Of a stretch of DNA of 64,000 bases, positions 19,364 to 28,140 are shown piece after piece. The position numbers and the translations under genes are program-made. The DNA is from Candidatus Limnocylindrales bacterium. Its GTDB lineage: Bacteria > Patescibacteriota > Microgenomatia > Levybacterales > UBA12049. The stretch is from contig DATLDE010000002.1 in the NCBI GenBank assembly GCA_035526025.1, positions 2,340 through 66,339 on the forward strand, written 5' to 3'. Every line of letters starts with the position of its first letter. The first letter of the stretch is position 1. The notes below the pieces were generated by a model, which was not told the origin of the DNA, did no database searches, and saw only the letters and a list, made by a program, of their open reading frames with translations.

Positions 19364-20737
19364 CTATACCAGTGCCAAAACCTCTTTTCGGAATTGCTCC
19401 CCGCGGTCCTTATAATTCTTGAACATTCCAAAACTCGCACACGCTGGAGAAAGCACTACCACATCTCCTGTTGTGGCAATTTTACTAGCCGCAAGAACAA
19501 CAGTCTTCATATCCTTCGCATCCTCAATTAACAATATTCTTGATTCTTGATTCTTGATTCTTGATTCTTCTTTAATCCGATGCCATTCATCCCCAATACC
19601 GATAATTGCCTTGATATTTTTCTTCTCACTTATCACTTTTCCAAGCTCCGTAAAATCACTCTTCTTTCCAGATCCACCCAAAATCAAAATCTCGGGAGTT
19701 GTAAATGCTTCAATTGCAGCTATTGCCGTTTCTGGAGTTGTTGAAAAAGAATCATCATAATACTTAACCCCGTCTATTTCTCTAACTAATTCCAGTCGAT
19801 GCACCAAGCCCTTGAATGACCTTAAAACGTTTACAATCTGCTCTCTATCTACTCCTGCCAAATGGGCTGCAAGAGATGCTGATGCTACATTCTCAAGGTT
19901 GTGTTTTCCGGGAAGAAGTATATCCGCAATATCAATAATTTTCTTTTCATTACCATCTATCTGCATCCAGAGAATGTCATCTCTGATAAAACTTCCATCC
20001 TGCCCTGCACGCTCCCGCGATACGTAAAAAACTTTCCCGTCAGTATAAATATCCGATTCGTTACTTGCTGGATAATCTCTATTTACAATTGCATAATCAT
20101 CTTTTATTTGAAACCTTAAAATATTCCTTTTGGCATCAATGTATTCTGCAAGATCCTTATGCTGATCCATATGCTCGCTCGTTGTCATCAGCATTACAGC
20201 GATATGAGGGGACTTATCAAGATCCTGAAGCTGAAAACTTGATAACTCAAGAACAACAATTGAATCCTTATTAAGTTGATCCAAAAAATCCAATGGGGGC
20301 GTTCCTATATTTCCCCCCAGATACACATCTCGCCCGTCTGCTTTTAACATTTCGTGTATCAAGCTTGCTGTGGTGCCCTTTCCTTTAGTTCCGGTTACAC
20401 CGATTATAGGGCAGGGACAAAGATCAAAAAAAATCTTGGTAAGCGAAGTAATTATCGCTCCACTTTTTTCAGCCTCTAATAACTTTTCATGGTTTCTATA
20501 AAATCCGGGGGTTCTGATAATCACATCAAATTGCGAAAGATCACCCAAGTATTGATCACCAAGAATAAATTCAGCGCCTAAATTCTTTGCGTCTGATAAG
20601 ACATCTTGATCAATTGCTTCTTTTTTCCTTCTATCAAGCACAAAAATATTTGCGCTTTGTTTTTTCAAGAATTTAATACTTGAAATTCCCTCGACTCCCA
20701 GTCCCAATACCGCAACTTTTTTGTTTTTAAAATTCAT
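19364..20737 (-). CDS. murD: UDP-N-acetylmuramoylalanine--D-glutamate ligase
   Basis: Mur ligase P-loop GVTGTKGKGTT, MurD-type N-terminal Rossmann fold and C-terminal GDVVVLSPACASFGMF. Contains a (TTCTTGA)x4 repeat at 19537-19567. Confidence 0.8.
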   Translation of the reverse strand: MNFKNKKVAVLGLGVEGISSIKFLKKQSANIFVLDRRKKEAIDQDVLSDAKNLGAEFILGDQYLGDLSQFDVIIRTPGFYRNHEKLLEAEKSGAIITSLTKIFFDLCPCPIIGVTGTKGKGTTASLIHEMLKADGRDVYLGGNIGTPPLDFLDQLNKDSIVVLELSSFQLQDLDKSPHIAVMLMTTSEHMDQHKDLAEYIDAKRNILRFQIKDDYAIVNRDYPASNESDIYTDGKVFYVSRERAGQDGSFIRDDILWMQIDGNEKKIIDIADILLPGKHNLENVASASLAAHLAGVDREQIVNVLRSFKGLVHRLELVREIDGVKYYDDSFSTTPETAIAAIEAFTTPEILILGGSGKKSDFTELGKVISEKKNIKAIIGIGDEWHRIKEESRIKNQESRILLIEDAKDMKTVVLAASKIATTGDVVVLSPACASFGMFKNYKDRGEQFRKEVLALV

Positions 20738-20742
20738 AATAC

Positions 20743-21531
20743 TTATATTTTAACACCAGTAACATTTTTTAAATCCAATTTCATTAGTTTTTCTGCAATC
20801 TGTCTGAATCTTACTGCGTCACCCGTTGTGTAATAATAATCCTCTCCTTTCACAGAAGATGGTATATTCTCATGTGCCAATACGTATTCCGTACGTCTTG
20901 CAATTGCTCCTCCGGAATCATATAGAGCAATTTTTGAACCTAAAATTTTTTTAATTTCAGTTGCCACAAAAGGATAATGCGTACATCCAAGTGCTATAGA
21001 ATCAACACCATCTTCAATAAGTGTTAAGAGTGAATTTTCAACTGTAGAACGCACTGTGGGACCATTTACTATTCCTTCTTCAACCAGATGCTCAAGCTTA
21101 GAATTACCTATCGTGTAAATCTTTGTCCCATTTGAAAATTTTTTAATCAAATCTTTCAGATACTTGCTTTTTGCAGTAGCAGGAGTTGTAAAAACTGCAG
21201 CTTTTTTAGTTTTACTTTTCTCAGAAATAGTTTTAACAACGGGAACAACAGCAATTATAGGGATATCAAAATTTGAACGCAGATGCTTGATAGCATTAAC
21301 ACTTACAGTGTTACAAGCAATAATAACCAGTTTTACTTTTTTTGAAACCAAAAAAGATACTACTTTGTATGCGATTTCCTGAATCTCGACTACTGATTTT
21401 CCCCCATATGGGTAATTTTTCTGGTCAGCAAGATATACATATGATTCATTTGGCAAGTGCTTTTTAACAGAGTCCAAAATAGAAAGCCCCCCAACTCCTG
21501 AATCAAATATTCCAATAGGTCGATTATTCAT
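20743..21531 (-). CDS. murI: glutamate racemase
   Basis: GIFDSGVGGLSIL, IIACNTVS and ALGCTHYP motifs carrying the two catalytic Cys. Confidence 0.85.
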   Translation of the reverse strand: MNNRPIGIFDSGVGGLSILDSVKKHLPNESYVYLADQKNYPYGGKSVVEIQEIAYKVVSFLVSKKVKLVIIACNTVSVNAIKHLRSNFDIPIIAVVPVVKTISEKSKTKKAAVFTTPATAKSKYLKDLIKKFSNGTKIYTIGNSKLEHLVEEGIVNGPTVRSTVENSLLTLIEDGVDSIALGCTHYPFVATEIKKILGSKIALYDSGGAIARRTEYVLAHENIPSSVKGEDYYYTTGDAVRFRQIAEKLMKLDLKNVTGVKI

Positions 21532-21547
21532 ATGTTTTTAAAGAAGT

Positions 21548-21916
21548 TTATTTTATCTTGGGATTCTTTTTCGCAAGTTTTCTAAATTCTATCTGAAAGT
21601 TTTCTAATTCATCTTCTGACAACTCTTCTAAATCAATAATCTTATTACGAGCATTTTTATTTGCCCTGATAAGTTCATCCAATTTCAATTCCATTGATTT
21701 TGCATCACGATTTTGAGAATTTTGGATAAGAAATAAAATAAAAAATGTTATAATTGCTGTCGTAGTATCAAACGTCTGTAACCAGGTATCTGAAAATCCA
21801 AGTAATGGCCCACAAATCACCCACCCTATTATAATTAGGACTCCAGATCCAAACCCCCACGGCGATCCCATAAATTTTGAAGCTTTATTGGCAAAATTAT
21901 CAAATATATCTCTCAT
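21548..21916 (-). CDS. low-affinity iron permease (Fet4-like, PF04120) family membrane protein
   Basis: FSDTWLQTFDTTTAIITFFILFLIQNSQNRDAKSMELKLDELI closely matches the conserved core of the bacterial low-affinity iron permease family. 122 aa. Confidence 0.65.
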   Translation of the reverse strand: MRDIFDNFANKASKFMGSPWGFGSGVLIIIGWVICGPLLGFSDTWLQTFDTTTAIITFFILFLIQNSQNRDAKSMELKLDELIRANKNARNKIIDLEELSEDELENFQIEFRKLAKKNPKIK

Positions 21917-21935
21917 ATAAATTTTAAATTATATG

Positions 21936-22008
21936 TACCAGGGGTGAGAGTCGAACTCACGGTCGCCGGTTTATGAATCCGGAGCTTTAACCACTAAGCT
22001 ACCCTGGC
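21936..22008 (-). tRNA. tRNA with CAU anticodon (elongator tRNA-Met or tRNA-Ile2/lysidine)
   Basis: Reverse complement folds as a cloverleaf: acceptor GCCAGGG/CCCTGGT, D-arm GCTT-AGTGGTTA-AAGC, anticodon loop TTCATAA (CAU) and T-arm GTGAG-TTCGACT-CTCAC. No encoded CCA. Confidence 0.8.
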
Positions 22009-22180
22009 TGGGTACCTGAGAGTATATCAATTTGACCATGGCTAACGCAAATGGTATACTTGTAATCGCTTAATACTTTCTTTTGTAAAATCCGAAGGAT
22101 TTTAAAGAGGAGTATCCAATGAAAAACTGAAATTGCGAGTGAAATGAGCAATGAAAGTGCAAAATTGTGATACGACGAGA

Positions 22181-22249
22181 CGCGGGGTAGTGTACGGTGC
22201 ACGTGAGGCTCATAATCTTACAGACAAGGTTCAACTCCTTGCCCCGCAA
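22181..22249 (+). tRNA. initiator tRNA-fMet (CAU) with unusually short D-loop
   Basis: Acceptor CGCGGGG...CCCCGCA-A is identical to E. coli tRNA-fMet, including the C1xA72 mismatch. Anticodon loop CTCATAA and T-arm CAAGG-TTCAACT-CCTTG. D-loop is only about 5 nt and the variable loop 4 nt, giving 69 nt. No encoded CCA. Confidence 0.65.
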
Positions 22250-22265
22250 CTGAGGGCATCAAATT

Positions 22266-22290
22266 AAAAACTCGTTTCGGCGAGTTTTTT
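22266..22290 (+). terminator. intrinsic-terminator-like hairpin (AAAAACTCG-TTTCGG-CGAGTTTTT), nested inside an outer inverted repeat TGAGGGC/GCCCTCA (22251-22303)
   Basis: A perfect A5-CTCG / CGAG-T6 palindrome sits immediately 3' of tRNA-fMet and can act bidirectionally. Confidence 0.5.
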
Positions 22291-22388
22291 AATTCCGCCC
22301 TCATGGGGATGGTGTGACGAAGTCACATAATATCCCCAAACTAATCCTAGCAATCCATTTTTAAAAAATTATTGTACAATCATAATAA

Positions 22389-22649
22389 ATGCATTATGTT
22401 TATGTCCTCCAATCGCTGAAGAAACCGGATTGGCTCTACAAAGGCTCTACGTCTGATCTAAAAAAGCGCATTCCCCAACACAATGCCGGCAAAAACTTCT
22501 CTACCGCTCCATACGCTCCCTTTCGGCTAATCTATTACGAAGCATATCTATTGAAAAAAGATGCAGAGGCCAGAGAACAATATCTTAAGACAAGTATGGG
22601 CAAGAGGGTTTTGAAAAAGCAGCTCCGATATTTCCTTGAATCAAAATAA
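22389..22649 (+). CDS. GIY-YIG nuclease domain protein (small, standalone)
   Basis: 86 aa: YVYVLQS...LYKGSTSDLKKRIPQHN...YYEAYL matches the GIY-YIG (URI) motifs GIY-x10-YVG and R-x3-EH/N. Confidence 0.75.
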   Translation: MHYVYVLQSLKKPDWLYKGSTSDLKKRIPQHNAGKNFSTAPYAPFRLIYYEAYLLKKDAEAREQYLKTSMGKRVLKKQLRYFLESK

Positions 22650-22811
22650 AAATGAGAAATACTCCGATGAGCAGATTAAAGAATTCACACACGCGGCTGA
22701 AGTGTTATCAGATATGGCAATTGATAGTTTTTTAAAAAAGAGGAAAACCGTCCCAGGAGAAGAGTAAATGCACTTGGGAAAATCACCGTTCAAATGACGG
22801 AGGAGAATCCT

Positions 22812-22901
22812 ATGCTTGAATGGCTATTTTCCAACAGAAGTCGGAGAAAATATAAGCCTAGAGTTGTTATTCGTGCTTGTGATATAATAGGGCTATGACA
22901 A
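22812..22901 (+). CDS. 29-aa basic small ORF with strong SD, stop overlapping the sigma-factor ATG (ATGA)
   Basis: GGAGGAG is 6 nt upstream of ATG 22812. Peptide MLEWLFSNRSRRKYKPRVVIRACDIIGL. Its TGA overlaps ATG 22895. Speculative. Confidence 0.25.
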
Positions 22902-23677
22902 AAGAAAGTGCCCCGCAAGGCAATGGACATCAAAATGGTAGTGGGACATTTTCCCCAGTTGAGCATGGTGGTCTTATTGATGCACTTTCTAGACCATTTG
23001 ACCGAGCTGCTAGTGTATTTAATATGGATCCTGAGGATGTGAGGCAAGTAGCCGCAGAACACTTTATCCGAGCAGCTCGTAGATATTCCCCAACTGAAGA
23101 AGCAGAACTTACAACTTTTGTCTCACATAGAGTAATAGGAGGAATTAAAGATGAATTTAGGGAAAGAGGATGGACTATAAAAACCTCTAGAAGAATCAGT
23201 GATAATCTTCCAAAGGTATTAGGAGCAACGGCTCAGCTTAGCCAGACTTTGGGTAGACAACCAACTGAGGGTGAAGTTGCAGACCATCTTTCCATCTCTC
23301 CAAGGCTTGTTCGGAGAGTAAAAATTGCTGCGGCAGAAGGAGCAGTGAGACCAACTGCTCTAGTTGAGGATAGTAGTGATCAAAGTAGTTCTCCTGAAAA
23401 ACCAAGAGCTAAAGACCCATCCCGTACACTTGTTGCTGAGCAGGGTGAAAATGCTTATGAGCGGGTGCTTGATAGAATGGTTCTTAAGGACGCACTAGCC
23501 TCGCTTCCTCCTCGTTCAAGAAGTATTATTGACATGCATTTTGGGTTTAATGTAGAAGGAAGAGAGATGAGTCTTATGGAAATAGCAGAGGTACTGGATG
23601 TAACAGAGTCACGAGTATCCCAATTAGTTACTAAGGCACTTGATGACTTACGAAAAAAAGTGGGGAACGCTGCTTGA
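22895..23677 (+). CDS. sigma-70 family RNA polymerase sigma factor (regions 2-4, FliA/group-3-like)
   Basis: Region 2-like ELTTFVSHRVIGGIKDEFRE. Region 4 HTH LPPRSRSIIDMHFGF...MSLMEIAEVLDVTESRVSQL. TGTGATATAAT extended -10 ends 6 nt before the ATG, suggesting a leaderless transcript. Locally higher GC. Confidence 0.75.
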   Translation: MTKESAPQGNGHQNGSGTFSPVEHGGLIDALSRPFDRAASVFNMDPEDVRQVAAEHFIRAARRYSPTEEAELTTFVSHRVIGGIKDEFRERGWTIKTSRRISDNLPKVLGATAQLSQTLGRQPTEGEVADHLSISPRLVRRVKIAAAEGAVRPTALVEDSSDQSSSPEKPRAKDPSRTLVAEQGENAYERVLDRMVLKDALASLPPRSRSIIDMHFGFNVEGREMSLMEIAEVLDVTESRVSQLVTKALDDLRKKVGNAA

Positions 23678-23686
23678 TATGGAAGA

Positions 23687-24961
23687 CTAGATTGTCGGCT
23701 TTTGGTGGGGTAAATTAATAGTTCTTTTCCTCAGAGCACTTACGAGATTATCTGTCACCATTCTAGGAGAGATTTGTAACTGTTGGGCTGTTGCCTCAAT
23801 ACTAAGGTTTGCGTACAATAAACGCTCTGCACATCTTCTTTCAGTGTCGGAAAGAAAATCTACATTTCTCCACCATGCATCAACTCTTTCTTCTCCCTCT
23901 GGAGTTGTTGAAAGTCTTGCAATATCTGCCTGCAAACCTTCAATCTGTTCACGCAGTTGTTTTATAAGTGGTACTCCATAACTTACTCCTTCTATTCGTG
24001 GCTTGCTTGTTCCCCTTGATCTTCTAGTTCCTTTATTTCCGGGAAATACCTCAAGTTCTATATTAGAACTCTCAAGGATTCTTTTTATACTCTCTTCGCT
24101 CGCTCCAGGTTTTATTGTACCTTTTAAGACTTCGCAGACTGCCTCAATGTAGTTAATATTCCACCTATTTGCAACTCCGTAGTGAAGAATTGCCCTTTGA
24201 ATAGCATGATGCTCATCACCTGGAAATGAATTGACCACCATCGCAAGTTTTGATTGAGTAATAGTAAATTCTCTGTCACGACCACCTCCCGCTGTTCTAA
24301 CCTCACTTACGAGAGTTGGGTCTGCATTGCCTACCAATCGCAAATCCTGATATACAGATCCAACTGTCTTACCCCATCTCTCTGTCTTTGCTTTCGCCCA
24401 ATCTTTTATATGTAATATATCATCCACTCCTATACCAGGGATCGTAGATCTCTTCTGATCCTTAAGTGCTACTTGAAAAGCTTGTGTAACGGTCATTCCC
24501 TTTTTTGCCCAGGGAGTGGTGTCAAACGAACTGGTCATCCATTGGGTGAGTCTGGCAAATTGAACAGACCGAACAGAACTTGCAGCGAGGATACGCAAGT
24601 CAAACATCTCCTCATCCGTACAACCATAAATTACCGTAGCATTTATTTCCTTATCCCCATTTATTTTTTTCCCTGCTGACCTATGAAAGCCATCAATAAC
24701 ATCGTAGATGATCCCACCATCCTTCTCGCCTATTCTAGCCCTTACAGCAATGGGAGTAATTTGTCCACGCCTTTGTTTCATTGAAGCTCCAAGTTCAACT
24801 GCGTGGGACTCATCTATTAATGCTTCTTCTGTTAACACCCTTCCCAAAGGAATTGTTTCCAGTCGCTCTGTTTCAATTCCATTGCGGATTAGTTCTCTGG
24901 GAGATAACATACCAACACTATCTGCTTGTGGTAATCGTCCTCCTCTTCCTGGCTCTGGCAT
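23687..24961 (-). CDS. ParB/Srx-like nuclease-domain protein with C-terminal sigma-70 region-4-type HTH
   Basis: N-terminal ParBc motif YDVIDGFHRSAGKK (DGxHR). C-terminal HTH LSIEATAQQLQISPRMVTDNLVSALRKR. 424 aa with a central region of unknown function. Higher GC than flanks. Confidence 0.6.
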   Translation of the reverse strand: MPEPGRGGRLPQADSVGMLSPRELIRNGIETERLETIPLGRVLTEEALIDESHAVELGASMKQRRGQITPIAVRARIGEKDGGIIYDVIDGFHRSAGKKINGDKEINATVIYGCTDEEMFDLRILAASSVRSVQFARLTQWMTSSFDTTPWAKKGMTVTQAFQVALKDQKRSTIPGIGVDDILHIKDWAKAKTERWGKTVGSVYQDLRLVGNADPTLVSEVRTAGGGRDREFTITQSKLAMVVNSFPGDEHHAIQRAILHYGVANRWNINYIEAVCEVLKGTIKPGASEESIKRILESSNIELEVFPGNKGTRRSRGTSKPRIEGVSYGVPLIKQLREQIEGLQADIARLSTTPEGEERVDAWWRNVDFLSDTERRCAERLLYANLSIEATAQQLQISPRMVTDNLVSALRKRTINLPHQKPTI

Positions 24962-25145
24962 AATGCGGGTATTATAGTATAGTGATAGGCATAAAGCAAT
25001 AGTAGGGCTGTGGGAATATTAATGATACCAATCAGTTTATAACAATGACAATTTACTCCAAATCTGGTATAAATGAGGCATGGGTTTCGGTGAGAAAACA
25101 GGTTCTCGATGCCTGCAATCCCCGCAACAATAGTATTTCATCCAT

Positions 25146-25640
25146 TTGTTGCTACGTGATAGAATTGCCACAGGAATATTCTCTATGAATAACTTATTAC
25201 CTGATGTAACAATTGAACTCCTGACAAAATTCTCCTCAAAAGACGCCAAAAATATAAAAAGACTGGCTACGCGACTCGGATCCAACTACCAACCCCTAAC
25301 CGATAAGGATCTTAAGGACATAATTTCGTCTCCCACTACGTACCTTTTTATTGCCCGCGAATCACAGAAAAAAGAACTAATAGGTATGGCAACACTTGCC
25401 ATTTATCGGATTCCTTATGTTAAAAAGGCTAATTTTGATGATCTGATTGTTGATGATAAGTATCGGGGAAACGGCATCGGACAACAACTTGTGGAAAAAA
25501 TTCTTCTAACTGCCAATGAATTAGGCGCAACATATATTGATTTCACTTCAAATCCAAAACGAATAAAGGCAAATAAACTTTATGAAAAATTGGGGTTTAA
25601 AAAAAGAGATACCAATGTCTATCGGTTGACTTATGATTAA
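25146..25640 (+). CDS. GNAT family N-acetyltransferase
   Basis: Acetyl-CoA-binding motif VDDKYRGNGIGQQLVEKIL (R/Q-x-x-G-x-G/A). Confidence 0.8.
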   Translation: MLLRDRIATGIFSMNNLLPDVTIELLTKFSSKDAKNIKRLATRLGSNYQPLTDKDLKDIISSPTTYLFIARESQKKELIGMATLAIYRIPYVKKANFDDLIVDDKYRGNGIGQQLVEKILLTANELGATYIDFTSNPKRIKANKLYEKLGFKKRDTNVYRLTYD

Positions 25641-26304
25641 TCAAACACCTAATAAAATCATTCTTTTTGATATAGACAATACAATTTTCAACACAGTTTT
25701 ATATCGTGAAAAATTGTTTAATAACCTTGCCACCCAATTAGATTTTGATTCTAAGATATTTTCACAAATAGCAAAAGAGGAATATGCGCTACTGAGGAAA
25801 AAAGCACATTATCTGGATCCTGACTCTTTTTTAAATAGTATCATTGCCCGTTCAGAAAAAGCTACAAATCTTGAAGAACTTCAATCAGTTTTTTGGGATA
25901 AAAAACTATATGAATCTTGCGTATATCCAGATGTCAAAAAGACATTTTCATATCTTATTGAAACTGATATTCAAATTGGAATTTTTTCAACAGGACACAG
26001 TACTCATCAAAATACAAAGATTGAAAGTCTTAAGGAATATTTATCTGATAACCATATTTACATTTCTCCCAACAAGATCAAGATTATAAAAGACACTTTT
26101 ACCGTTTACTTGAATAAAAAAACTTATATCATAGATGATTTTCCGGATATATTGCATGAAGTAAAAAAACATCATATAAATGTTTTTACCATCTGGATAA
26201 AAAGATCAAATACATCTTATAATTCCACCATACCAAAAAACTTCAAACCCGATGCAACTATTACAGACTTATATCAATTAATTGATATAATCAAAAATCA
26301 ATAA
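25633..26304 (+). CDS. HAD-like hydrolase
   Basis: N-terminal ILFDIDNTIF (DxDxT HAD motif I). 223 aa. Confidence 0.6.
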   Translation: MINQTPNKIILFDIDNTIFNTVLYREKLFNNLATQLDFDSKIFSQIAKEEYALLRKKAHYLDPDSFLNSIIARSEKATNLEELQSVFWDKKLYESCVYPDVKKTFSYLIETDIQIGIFSTGHSTHQNTKIESLKEYLSDNHIYISPNKIKIIKDTFTVYLNKKTYIIDDFPDILHEVKKHHINVFTIWIKRSNTSYNSTIPKNFKPDATITDLYQLIDIIKNQ

Positions 26305-26310
26305 ATAAAT

Positions 26311-28098
26311 ATGTGTGGAATATTCGGATATGTCAGTAAAAAAACTAAACATGTGGAGGTTGTCCTAAATGGCCTCAAAATTCTTGAGTACCGCGGATAT
26401 GATTCATGGGGAATAGCAATAAAGCGTAAATCTGAAAACTTAAAACTTAAAAACACATTCGTTGTTGAGAAGCAGATCGGTAAAATAAAAGACGCAAATC
26501 TTAATTCTGAATTCTTAAATCTTAATTCTGAATTGGCTATCGGTCACACGCGTTGGGCAACACATGGAGGCGTAACCCAAATAAACGCACATCCGCATCT
26601 TGACTGTCAAAGCAAAATTTCTGTAGTACATAATGGAATTGTCGAGAATTTTGATATTCTTAAAAAAGACTTGCTCAAAAAAGGTCACAAATTTATTTCT
26701 GCAACAGATAGTGAAGTTATTTCTCATCTCATTGAGGAATCAATGAAGACAAAGGGTTTTGCAACTGCTGTTCGGGATTCATTCAACATGCTTTCGGGTA
26801 TGAATGCAATTGTTGTGGCATATGCTCCCTCAAGTGAAATAATAGCAGCAAAAAGCGGTTCACCTCTCGTGATAGGCTCAGACAATGACACATTTTATAT
26901 CGCATCAGATGCATCAAGCATTCTCCCAAATACCAAAAAGTTACTTTTCTTAAAAGATAATCAGATGGCAATTCTTGGAAAAAAATTGCAAATATTATCG
27001 CTTCCAAAAGGTACCAAGCAAGCAGTTAAATTTGAAACAATTTCCTGGAAAATAACTGAGGCGAATAAAGGAAAATATTCTCATTTTATGCTGAAAGAGA
27101 TCCATGAACAGCCCGGAATCATAAGAATTATAGCCAAGACATATGATTCCCAAATAGAATCCCTCGCGAAGACAATCGAAAAAGCAAAAGGAACGTTTTT
27201 TATAGGAGCTGGTACTGCGTCATATGCAGGACTTATGGGTACTTATTTTTTCTCAAAAATTGCCAAAAAACATGTAAATATGTCTTTTGCCTCGGAATTT
27301 ACCTATCTTCTTGATTTTTTGAATAAAAAATCACTCATCATTGCGCTCTCTCAATCTGGTGAGACAATCGACGTTGTTGAGCCTCTTATAAAAGCTCAAG
27401 AAAAAGGAAGTATGATAGTTGCCATTGTAAACACTCAAGGCTCAACAATTTATAGGATGAGTGACAAAAAACTCCTTCTGGGGGCAGGGATTGAACAAGC
27501 TGTTGCATCAACAAAAGCATTTACAGCCAAAATATCTATTCTTCTAATGCTTGCCTATGCGTTGAAGGGAGATATAAAGCAAGCTTCAAAACAACTTCTA
27601 AAAGCAGCTGATGAAATAGATAGACTCATAACGCAAGAAAAAAAGCTTACTCCCATTATCAATTTACTAAGCAAATCCGAGCATATTTATATAATCGGCC
27701 GTGGAGTTTCATACCCAACATCTCTTGAAGCATCGCTTAAAGTCAAAGAAGTTAGCTATATTCATACCGAAGGGCTTGCAGGAGGAGAACTCAAGCATGG
27801 CGCGCTTGCGCTTATTTCAAAAGGAACACCTTGCATTGTTTTTGCTCCACCAGACGAAACATATGAATCAATTATTTCAAATGCGACTGAAATCAAAACC
27901 CGTGGAGGTGTTGTGATAGGCATAAGCCATAAAAATCATGATGTTTTCGAACATTTTATCGAAGTTAAAGATTGCGGGGACGCAACTGCTATCTCGCAAA
28001 TCGTACCCATACAATTAATCTCTTATTATTTAGCCTTAAAGAAAGGATACGATCCTGACAAACCAAGAAATCTTGCAAAATCAGTAACAGTGAAATAA
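26311..28098 (+). CDS. glmS: glutamine--fructose-6-phosphate aminotransferase (isomerising)
   Basis: N-terminal MCGIFGY (class-II GATase nucleophile Cys2), two SIS domains and a C-terminal ...KSVTVK. 595 aa. Contains a 21-bp in-frame tandem duplication (NLNSEFL/NLNSELA) at 26497-26538. Confidence 0.9.
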   Translation: MCGIFGYVSKKTKHVEVVLNGLKILEYRGYDSWGIAIKRKSENLKLKNTFVVEKQIGKIKDANLNSEFLNLNSELAIGHTRWATHGGVTQINAHPHLDCQSKISVVHNGIVENFDILKKDLLKKGHKFISATDSEVISHLIEESMKTKGFATAVRDSFNMLSGMNAIVVAYAPSSEIIAAKSGSPLVIGSDNDTFYIASDASSILPNTKKLLFLKDNQMAILGKKLQILSLPKGTKQAVKFETISWKITEANKGKYSHFMLKEIHEQPGIIRIIAKTYDSQIESLAKTIEKAKGTFFIGAGTASYAGLMGTYFFSKIAKKHVNMSFASEFTYLLDFLNKKSLIIALSQSGETIDVVEPLIKAQEKGSMIVAIVNTQGSTIYRMSDKKLLLGAGIEQAVASTKAFTAKISILLMLAYALKGDIKQASKQLLKAADEIDRLITQEKKLTPIINLLSKSEHIYIIGRGVSYPTSLEASLKVKEVSYIHTEGLAGGELKHGALALISKGTPCIVFAPPDETYESIISNATEIKTRGGVVIGISHKNHDVFEHFIEVKDCGDATAISQIVPIQLISYYLALKKGYDPDKPRNLAKSVTVK

Positions 28099-28140
28099 TT
28101 GCAGTTATTTCATCCTGAGCTGTGCCGAAGGATAAAAAAT

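Noticed and set aside
21999-22202. 67-aa ORF on the minus strand
   Set aside because: Overlaps both tRNA genes and the intervening promoter region. Not coding.
22181-22249. Possibility that the tRNA-like element is the tRNA-like domain of tmRNA (ssrA)
   Set aside because: The 5' and 3' acceptor strands are only ~60 nt apart with a complete anticodon arm (CAU). The acceptor is identical to initiator tRNA-fMet, not the tRNA-Ala-like ssrA. No tag-peptide reading frame.
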